Assembly: GCA_965153455.1 (NCBI GenBank)
Contig: OZ234493.1
Coordinates: 36,136,213-36,200,212 of the forward strand
Direction: 5' to 3'
Origin: Sphagnum compactum
Taxonomy: Eukaryota
DNA: 64,000 bases
Shown here: piece after piece, positions 13,847 to 23,420 of the stretch
How positions within the stretch are numbered: position 1 is the stretch's first letter
Layout: each line of letters starts with the position of its first letter
Notes under the pieces: generated by a model
What the model was told of the DNA's origin: nothing
The model's input: the letters and a program-made list of their open reading frames with translations, nothing else
Database searches by the model: none
Made by a program: the position numbers and the translations under genes

Positions 13847-13896
13847 CTTTACCTATCGTTGGTTTCCTGTGAAGCTCCAGAGACAAGTCTAAGTCA

Positions 13897-14140
13897 GTGG
13901 ACTCAAATTCGCGTTCTTGTCTACCAGGACTCGTGAGAGAGAGAGAGAGCGCCCGCGGTTCTGTAAATGCTTGGAAGAAACTGGTCCGTTCCCGGTACCC
14001 TAATCCCTCCTCCTCGCACCGAAATTCGAGTTGGGTCTTCGTTTCAGGTCGTTTCAGGTTTTTAAAACCTTTTTTTCCTGGTGTGCTTGCTAACTACTGT
14101 GCCGAATTCTGAACCGTATTGCGGACGATGATGAAGAGGT
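13897..14140 (+). promoter_or_regulatory. Putative promoter/5' leader of the IFT80-derived locus
   Basis: CpG-retaining island with a (GA)7 tract at 13936-13949, then ATGATGAAGAG|GTGAAT (possible start and splice donor) near 14128-14144. Confidence 0.35.
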
Positions 14141-14207
14141 GAATTTTGTAAATTTCGTCTTGAGATTTGAGGGAACTAGTGTTATTGAATCAACCAATGT
14201 TGTCCAA

Positions 14208-14462
14208 TTCTAGCTTTTCAAGAGAACCTTGGGACCCGGTGCAAGCACTGATGGTAATAATTTACTACTCCCCTTCAAGCTTCAATTTTTGATAGAGCTT
14301 TCTTTCCTGCATGGGAACAGGTTTAGGGTTTAGGGTTTAGGTTTAGTTCTAGCTTTTCAAGAGAAACCTTGGGTCCTGGTTGCACTGATGGTAATAATTT
14401 ACTACTCCCCTTCAAGCTTCAATTTTTTATAGAACTTTCTTTCTGCATGGGACAGGTTTAGG
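14208..14462. repeat. Tandem duplication of about 139 bp with telomere-type TTTAGGG repeats at the junction
   Basis: 14208-14346 resembles 14347-14462; GGTTTAGGGTTTAGGGTTTAGGTTTAG at 14320-14346. Confidence 0.9.
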
Positions 14463-14489
14463 TCCAGTACACTTACTAAGCTTGTGTAC

Positions 14490-16590
14490 GCTACCTGTTG
14501 GTACTGCAATGTGTTCTTGAAGGTTTCCTCCTCATGAGCTATAGTATAAGTTTTGAAGCAAAGCTTATGATCCATGGAGAAAGTAGTACGTGCACACAAG
14601 TGGGTTGTCAAGGAGAAAGTATAGATCCATCCATGGAAGAAGTACTACATGCACACAAGTGGATTGTCCAGGAGAAAGTATAGATCCATCCATGGAGGAA
14701 GTACTACATGCACACAAGTGGATTGTCTTTGTCAGAAGTTCTGGAGACTGATACTCCCTATCATATCAGGACTTACAGGATAAACAAGTGTACTATTCCA
14801 GATATGGTTTAAGAATAGCAGGTGCTTTTGTGAATGTGGGTGGCAGCAGTCCTTGGATGTAAGCACTCACAGTATTTTTTTGATATGCCTATGATCAGGG
14901 ATGGCACCCTTATGACAGGGGATGAAGATGGGGTTCTAAACATTTGGGCACATACACAACGGAATGCATAGGGTGGACACTTCAACACAAAATGGGTCTT
15001 CTATCTATTTGTACCCACACATCCAAGTGCCTAAATGACATGAAAGAGGATTCACTGCAAGTCTGAAAGCAGCAAGCTTTGCAACATCCTTCCACTGCAG
15101 GCAACTTCTAGAAGCTGTAAGAGCTTTTTCAGACATCCAAACATACAATCTCTGAGCAACTCTGATGGTTAACATGTTCAAAGAATTGAAGAAGCTCTCT
15201 GACAAGAATCATGGGTCATGCGTCATGGGATCCAGAGCATACAGTACATGTCATGGTCTGCCAGGGCCCCACCTTAGAACAGCTCATCTTCCTCAAATGC
15301 CAGGAACTTGTCAATCAAACCAATTTAGGCAAGTGAAGTCATCCACATTTCCTAGTCCTTTATGCAACATGTGATCTATTTCTTGGTCTTATGATTCATG
15401 TTGAGGATTCCTTTCTTTTGAGTTCAATTCTGGGCCAAGAAGAAGGAGATGACTTTTTGTGTCTCCAATCTCAGGAAAGCTCAAGTGGTTGTAAAAGCCT
15501 GGATGTTTTGGTATGAATCTGCAAAGTAGGTGCAATGAGCCATGAGGGGCTTATGCTCAATGTTGACTGGAATCCTGTTGACAATTGCATAATCTCTCAG
15601 CTGTAGGGGGCTGCCACTAAAGGTTCAGTGCAATCTAATCTTAGCTCTCATCTTTTCTCTGCATATTAGAATCTGCTCCGATCACCTGTCACTGTGCTCT
15701 CAACTTCTGATTGATGTCAATTTAGAAAAGGAGATGAGACAAGAGTGAGAAGCTCCTCGAGCCACTGTGTGCACATAGACCATGAAATTCCAATTAGCTG
15801 CTATGGTGGAAAATGCAATGTGCAATGAGATCATAGAATGTCAGAAGCTGTGGCCAACCAGAGGCTTGTTTTTTGGTACTACCCACATGTTGTGTATGAT
15901 GACCAAGACCATCTCACTTTATCCAAAGCTTTTCTGGAGCACTGTAACTTGTTTGTGGTATGGAAGGGGAATCCATCTCAACAGAAGAAGACCTCCCTGC
16001 CCATTCCTCCAGTTCCTCCAGTGTGAGCATGTGGCAGCCAAACACTAGGACCCTGAACCTATGCTGCCATGTCAAGTGAGGGCAATCTTCAAACCTTTCA
16101 CTCATTACCTATCTTAAATTCCTCAACACTCTTTTGCACATGTTAGCATCAGCCTTCATTCTGCTACAGAATTCTTAGTACAGATAACCAGAAGACACTA
16201 AACAACCCTTAATGAGCACTGTCTGGTGCAAAAAGTGGCTGGCAGTGCTTGGTCACTTGGTTTCTGGTGCAAGGTTTGATTGTTTTGACCCTGTGAATAC
16301 AGTAAATAAAAGAAAGATTACTCCATTTCAGGAGTTGGAACTTTGTGGGTTTGAATTCAGCTTGGGATAGTAGAACGTGTAGAACAAATTAAATAATGTT
16401 CTTTTTGCAGAACATGAAGAACCACACGGCACAGTTTGGCACAGAACCACGCAGGGTGCAAGAAGACAAGCCTGACGAGCCTGAAAGTGCATCGGACAGA
16501 GCTTGTTAAGGGTATTTAGCATCTCACCAAAGAACCAGTAGGGATGTCTAGAATGATCAAAGCTAAAGTTCTGTCTAAGGTCAAGATTAG
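14490..16590 (+). pseudogene. IFT80: Intraflagellar transport protein 80 (WD40/TPR, IFT-B) pseudogene
   Basis: Collinear fragments match IFT80 motifs as I remember them: MEKVVRAHKWVV (14574; cf. VEKSVEAHCGAV), DGTLMTGDEDGVLNIW (14900-14947; cf. EGTALVTVGEDGQIKIW), TSTQNGSSIY (cf. TLAQQGTPVY), HEGLMLNVDWNPVDNCIIS (15541-15597; cf. HDGIILKVDWNSVNDLILS), QLAAMVENAMCN (cf. KLGTMVHTLAWN), RLVFWYYPHVVYDDQD (about 15862-15909; cf. RFIVWYYPNTVYVDRD), IKAKV (about 16556; cf. IKAKI). Stops, frameshifts and a large internal deletion. Confidence 0.9.
14570..14728. repeat. About 59-60 bp unit x2.7 inside the IFT80 remnant
   Basis: atccatgga(a/g)gaagtactacatgcacacaagtggattgtc... repeated three times; the unit covers the 'EKVVRAHKWVV' coding piece. 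Confidence 0.9.
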
Positions 16591-17509
16591 AATGCACAAT
16601 GATATTTGTAGAGAGAGCATCTCCATACCCAAGATAGAAACCATGCCCATCCAGACTCCTTGGAAGTGTTTTCCTTGCTTGTGTTCAATGCACAATCACT
16701 GGGACAAGAAAGCTATGGGGGGATGGAGGATGATCTTTTCTGGCCATGGGTAGCACCTAGTCATACATATGTAATTTTTTGCCTAGGACCCTCAGCACCA
16801 ATTATATTATTTTTCATTTTGCTGAATTTTAAAAAAAAAAAGTATTTTATGTTGAAAAATCTGAAAATTCAATCAATGTAGTAAGGCAACCAGACTAACT
16901 CATGCCTGGTCTAACATAGTTACATAAACTATGATTAGTCTAATCAGAAGGACAACAGGAAACTTTTGAGACAACTAATGATTTTATTGTAAATTTTATT
17001 CCTTTAGGTCAAAATTTTCAAAATGAAAAACTCAAGTGCTAAATCAGAAACCTAAAATTATAACAAGTATTTGGTACATTAGTGCCGAAGCTACCCAGGT
17101 ACTTCAGTAATATACAGAGGGTGTTGAATAGGCTTGTGTATAGGTGTGAAGCAAAAATGTTGTGGAGAATGAAATTGCAGGATTTGAAAGTCTGAATTTG
17201 TTTTCTTAGTTATCTTGAATGAACTAACAATTCAATATGTAATGGCTATTTGCAGACAAGGTTCTAGCACATTCCTTATGCACTTTGTTTAAGGAGACCA
17301 ATTCTTGCTGAAGAAATCACCCTTTCCCAAGTTTTTCTGTAAGAGATTCACAAAACAACTAAAATTCACAACCAAACAATTATCAGGAAGGATACCCTTT
17401 TTAACACCATATGCATCGAATAGCTAGCAAAGAAAAAAAAGGCCATCTCACCCACGGTATAATATACTCAAAAACTGTGACTCCTAACCCTTGCTAATAG
17501 GAATATTTT

Positions 17510-19304
17510 CACCATGAGGTGAGTGTTCAAAGGTTTTTGGGAATATGGATTTTTAAAAATATTTGACAAGAAGGCCTTTAGGGCTGTCGAGAAATACTGG
17601 AAGCTGTGAGGCCATGTCACCCCATACATATTCGAGAGAGAGATTGTAAGTAAACGAGATGTTACGACGTGAAGCTTTTGTTTTTGTGCTTCCTACAAGT
17701 TGTCTCCCTTCTGTAGGGAGTTTCAGTATGCTCAATGGTATGCCTGGGAGATCAATAAGCATTCTCGCAGCTTTGAAGAAACTTGGGCATTGTGCTTCAA
17801 GAGGACTTTAGATTGTTGAGAGCAGAATGTGTTCTTGACACCAAAGAAATAACTCAGGGTTCTGTAATGTCGTTTAGGAGATCTCAATGTGACAAACAAA
17901 CAAACAAACAACCTTCATTAGAGGAGCAATATCCTTCTCTTTAAACAAAGTGGGTTCACATTGGAATTTGGGGTTACTTAGTACAAATAAAAATGCATTC
18001 ATTAGAAGTTGAGATTAATTAATAAATAATTATACGAGACATTTAACCTATATTCAAGGATATCTTAAAGAGCAGGTAGCGATTTTCCATCCTAATTATT
18101 AATTACCAAGGAAGCTAATCTCAATACATATTTTGCACTGGTTTTTTTTGTGGTTCATGTTGAACTTACTTCTAAAAAATAATTTTTTAAAGTCACTTTG
18201 AGCATGTTTTGAATGATCTATGGTTGCCAAAGACAGAATTAGTAATTGACCAAAAAGCCACATGTTCCTCCATTGAAATTACATAAGCAACAATTAAGCA
18301 TATCCAGAGGGTAGTCCTATGGTAGCCAAAAAAAAGACGGTTGCTTAATTTATCAATATCATGACACAACTAAAGTGAGAGCTAATAGTTTATTGGAAAT
18401 TCCAGCATGCAATTGGAATAACAGAAATGAATAATCTTTCTACATCATTTTCTAAATACTTATACATCATAACAATTCTAATATATGGACCTCAAAAAAC
18501 CAGAATGTTCTGATTTCCCTCTCAAGAGCCCATTGATCCTCGGTGTGGTAGTTTTACAAAACATATTCCCCGTTTTGACAGTAAGGAAGACAATGAAATG
18601 TATATTCCTTCCCCTAACAACATCGCAACCTAGAAGTTGCAGAGAGAAGTAAAATAGAATTTGGAACAAGTTACACTCAAAGATTCCTCCCATTAGACCC
18701 AAATTTGTTCATGAGACCCCATTTTTCCTCCAGAGCTCCCTCAACAATGCAAGTACTCTCTTCCAATACCATGAATTCCAACTACTTTCCACAAAGATTC
18801 CCAAAGCACAAACACACAAAAAATGCCATTCAAACCACTCATGAAATCCCTAGTTTTCTTCATCACTTTCCTTGATATGGCCCCTACAATCTACTTATGG
18901 TTTTACTTATTCCTTTCTAACATTCATAGCTCAACAAAATTACATAACTATAGCGAAAAGTGAGTCAATTGTTATGGAGCATTCTTCCCCAACCCCACAA
19001 GACATGAAATTGATTACATACACTCAAATCCAATGCTCGTGAATTCTCCCCAAAAACAGAGAATTTGAGAAAGACAATTAGCTTTTTTTCAAAACACCAA
19101 ATTGCCTAGCTCATCAAACATTTGCTCCTTATAGTCTAAGCCTCTCCAATTTCCCACCACCATAAAATCCATTGAGCCAATCCGTGGCAAAGCTTCTAGA
19201 TTCACCATGAAAAGAAAACCACAAAGATGATAAGCTTGTGAATTTATCAACAAAACACACATACCAAAGGCTTGCAATTCCTCTACTTCCATGAATGTAG
19301 GCAC
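17510..19304 (-). pseudogene. Spliced pseudogene of an unidentified protein (at least 3 exons)
   Basis: Exons 19304-19265 (ttgcag|...|gtatgt), 18629-18491 (ttctag|...|gtccat) and 17861-about 17510 (ttacag|) join in frame to GAYIHGSRGIASLWLRCC*GKEYTFHCLPYCQNGEYVL*NYHTEDQWALEREIRTFWFFENPELFLWCQEHILLSTI*SPLEAQCPSFFKAARMLIDLPGIP...SLEYVWGDMASQLPVFLDSPKGLLVKYF*. Four in-frame TAG/TAA stops. Confidence 0.65.
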
Positions 19305-20429
19305 CTGCAACCATAAAACAAAACAAACAAAATACCAACTACTTTGGAACAAACATAAGCATCATATTGGTAAATGATCTTCAACTCACATCAAGTGCTG
19401 AATTAAAGCAATCTTGGTGACCTTTTTCACTTTTTCACCTTACTGTTAATTTTAGGTCAGACTATTGTGACTTGCATGCATTTTATAATTTCTATAAAAA
19501 AAAACCTTGCATAAAATGTGCAATGGTAAAATATTGGTGTGCAACAATGGAAGAAAATTAAATTAAATTTTTTTAGTAGGGAGGTGCACTATCATGGGGA
19601 AAATGGAAAATGGTAAACCCAAATTATATCAATTAGTTGCAAGTCACATCCATATAATACTAAAAATTGAATTTTTGTGGTCAATGTAGCATAGGTGTTG
19701 TAATTAAGCATACCAAACTTTTAATATGATTTTTTTTAAAAGTATATTTTAAAAATGCAATAATAAGGTCAATTACCTTAATGGCTTGAATTGATTTTCT
19801 CTTGATGGCAAGCCAACCCTAAGGTTCATATATTTCCTTAGTTGCATTTTAGCATTAAACCTAACAGAAAATGGTACACATGAACCATGGAACCTGCTTC
19901 CAACCTTCAAGGTGGGTGTGACTTAGGGGGCCACTCAAAGTGATTAAATAATTACATACATTTGCACTTGATCCATTATGTGACATAAAACGCTTGGAAG
20001 ATAGTTCCTAGTGTATTTTGGCACCTTAAACATATAAATAATGATTTTTCAAAACTACTTGTCACCTTATGCCTTCAAGAAGCCTTTCACACCCACCTTA
20101 ATAGGCCTTAACAAGTGTAAGAGGCCTCTTGAAGGTGTAAGGTGACTCACTTTTATTGCCTTTCAATTTACAAATGTTCTGGCGTAAAATAACATTCACC
20201 TCATGCTTTACGATGGAGAAGTCACATAGGTGGGGGGGCCTTATGGGGCTAAACTCAATTATTGCCTTGCACTTTAAATGTTTTATTTTAGGAAATTTCC
20301 TCACCTTGGGGCCTTACCCTAAATTGAACCCCTCCCTTATTTTGTATTAATAGCTTCAAATCAATTCATCCATCCACAACTTGTGGTTTGATATGAGCAA
20401 GGGTAAAAGCATGGACATATTGTATGGTA

Positions 20430-21640
20430 GCCTAGTGTACTTTAGACAAACTAAAGTTAACTTAAGCAATCCTAGGCTTACCTAGGTTAATTTAGGCATA
20501 CATAAATTAACCTAGGCTATTTAGGATAACCTAGACCCACTTCGGTTAACATAGGCTTAACTTAAGATAACATAAAATACCTAGGCATTAAAGTTGACTA
20601 AGGATAACTTAAGCCAATTAAGGTTAATTTAATCAACCAACATTAATTAAGGTTAACCAACACTGGTTAGTTGATTAAGGTTAACCTAGGTAAACTAATG
20701 TTAACTTAAGCAAATCCAGGCAAACCAAGGATCACTTGGGCTCATTAACAATAATTTAAATTAATTAGACAAATTTAAGCTAACCAACATTGATCTAGCT
20801 AGTTATCATAGGTTAATCAAGGCTAACCTTAAGCCAACATAAGTTCTAACCAAAATTAACCTTTAACCTTAGTTACATTTAAACTAAAATTAGATTAAAC
20901 CTAAGTTAACCAAGGCTAAACTTGGGTTAACTTAAACTAACCCAAGCAGAAACCTAGGCTAACTAAAAGGTTAAACTTAAGATAAACTACCTCTTAAAAC
21001 CAAATTAATCCTAAGTTAACTAAAATGTTAAACTATGTTAACCAAGGGTAAACCTAGGTTCGATAAGGTTAAATCTAGGCTAAACCTAATTTAACCAAAA
21101 TTAAATCTAAATTAATCAAAGTTAAACCTAGGTTCATTTTGACCAAACCTAATTTAAACCTAGGTTAACCTTAGTTGGACCTAATTAAAATGGAAACTAA
21201 CCTTGGCTAAACCTAGCTTAAACTTTAGTTAAGTTCAATTAAACCTAGATTAAACCTCAGCCAACTTCAACCAACCTTGGCCAAACTTAAATTAAATGGA
21301 AATTAAATAAAGATAAACACAAGCTCAATTAAATTAACCAAGGTTAAATTTAAACTAACAAACATTAAATTTAAGTTAACCAAGGTTAAATTAGGTTAAT
21401 CAAGGTTAAACTTAAGTTAACCAAGGTGAAATTCAAACTAACGAACATTAAATTTAGGTTAACTAAGGTTGAACTTATATTAATCAAAGTTAAATTTAGG
21501 TTAATCAAGGTTAAACATAGGTGAATTTCAGCTAACCTAAGGCAAACTTAAACTAACTTCATATAAACTTAAGGTAATATGATATTAACCTAGGTTAAAC
21601 CTAAGTTAAGTTGAAATTAATTAAAATTAAGTTTGGGTTA
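20430..21640. repeat. 1.2-kb degenerate array of self-complementary AACCTAGGTT/GGTTAACC motifs, unit about 10-11 bp (about 21-bp dimer)
   Basis: Examples: aaggttaacctaggtaaac, aaacctaggttaaccttag, ttaaccaaggttaaattaggttaatcaaggttaaacttaagttaaccaagg. Confidence 0.85.
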
Positions 21641-22869
21641 ATATCATTGTAACTTCATTGTGAATGATATTGATATGGGCTTGAAATATGTTTTCTAGGT
21701 TTTGGCTCAAACTTCTATTCTATCTTTACGAATAATGCATGTCTTGAACCTTTAATCTCTGAAGCAAAAATTAATAAGGAAATATTTGGCCTCATTTCAA
21801 ATTGAAATATTGATTAAAATTTTTTAAAATTCACATCACATATGAGAATTGTGTCAGGACAAAAATTAAAACTATGACATTTAGGGTCTTGTCATGGTGA
21901 AAATAAACATTAATGTTATGTGTGAAACTCATGTCATAACACAAGTTCAAACTATGACATTTAAAATTTCATCACAATGAAGCACCCCAAAAATAAATTT
22001 TCATTTCAGTGGATGCAAAATATGTCATATTAACAAAAAAAAACTTGTTATGTGTGAACACACATGTAATGATGTTGGTAATGGACAAAAAGTGAAAAAA
22101 ACCACTAGATAATTTGTGTTGTCTAAAATGAGGCCATTTGTCAAATTTTTGAATTGCATGTTATTTGTGAATGGGTGCACACATGTTATGACTTTGATAG
22201 TAGACAAATAGTTGTATTTGGAGTACATACATATTTCAATGGGTCAAAAATGTGTCATATTGATGACAGGAAAAAAACTTATCGTGTGTGACTAGGTACA
22301 CATATATATTAACATTGATAATGGACAAGAGGTGAAGAAAAGCACTAATGCATTTTTGTGAGCTAGGAATGAAAATTTTGATTAGTTTTTTGAATATTGA
22401 AAACATATTGGGATTATAATTTTATGTTAATGAACCACATAATGAACATTGTGACATTATTAAAAACTTTATAGCAACTAGTGCAAAGTTTTACTATTTG
22501 ATGAAAGACACTCTAAATTGGTCAAATTATAGTAAAATTGCACATTAGTTATGTGGGATAACAATTGAAAAGGACAAGATTTCTTGTTGTAAAGTTTTAT
22601 TTTCAATTTGAAACTTAGGGGAAAATGTTGAATGAAAGAAAAATTTAACAAGGTTGAATTTGAAACCATGTGGATACATCAAAATATTTATTTGATTAGT
22701 TTTGAAGTTTTATTACCTAGACAAGCTACTTGGAATAAAGATTTCATAATCAACTTTGTGATAAACATTAAAATTATTTTCACTAGCTAAAGCATGCCCT
22801 ACAGCAAAATAATTCTTGAAACAATTCAAGTTCTATAGCCACTTGATTAATTTAGTTTTTTAACATGTG

Positions 22870-23420
22870 TAATAATTTAAAATTGCATTGTTGTATGTTT
22901 TCTAGCCAAAAATACTTCCACATTGTAATAACAATATCTACATCCTCCCACAAAAACTTATGCTTTGGAAGTGTTCTTAGTGCTTTTGGACGGATGCCCA
23001 GAGTTATGGGAAGAAGAGTTTCTGAAGGCAGATTTGGTGCTCGCATCTTTGGTGGCTTCGGTAGTCCAAAGGCACCGTTGGAGCAACAGACGAAATGCCT
23101 TCCAGATTCCCCAAATTTGGCAACAAACAGCTCTTATAGCATATGTTGCAATGAAAGCCAACACAAGTGGAGAACAAGTTGTGCAAAATGTTAGAAGAGC
23201 TTTACAAAGGCTCAATGTGGAAGATGAAGGTCTCCAGAAACCTTGTGACTCTTGCTGTGGAAGAGATTCTCACAACGAAAGTGAAAGTCAATTAGAAGAA
23301 AGGGTGATCAAAGTCAGATTCCCGAGAAGCGCAACAAGAGATTCTCACGACCAAAAGTGAAAGCCGACTGGAAGAAAGGGACCAAAGTCACATACATTCC
23401 CAGGGAAGTGCAACTCAATC
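22870..23420. other. Gene-like GC-raised segment; frame and strand unresolved
   Basis: A 131-codon open frame on + (22965-23360, PELWEEEFLKADLVLASLV...). There is also a minus frame with three C>T-type stops (...ELFVAKFGESGRHFVCC...LPKHKFLWEDVDIVITMWKYFWLEN) that could be an upstream exon of the 17.5-19.3 kb pseudogene. A 75-bp tandem duplication lies at 23261-23415. Confidence 0.35.

Noticed and set aside
14570-14728. CRISPR-like reading of the 59-bp repeats (also 33332-33670)
   Set aside because: Whole units are duplicated with no unique spacers, there are no cas genes, and the context is eukaryotic.
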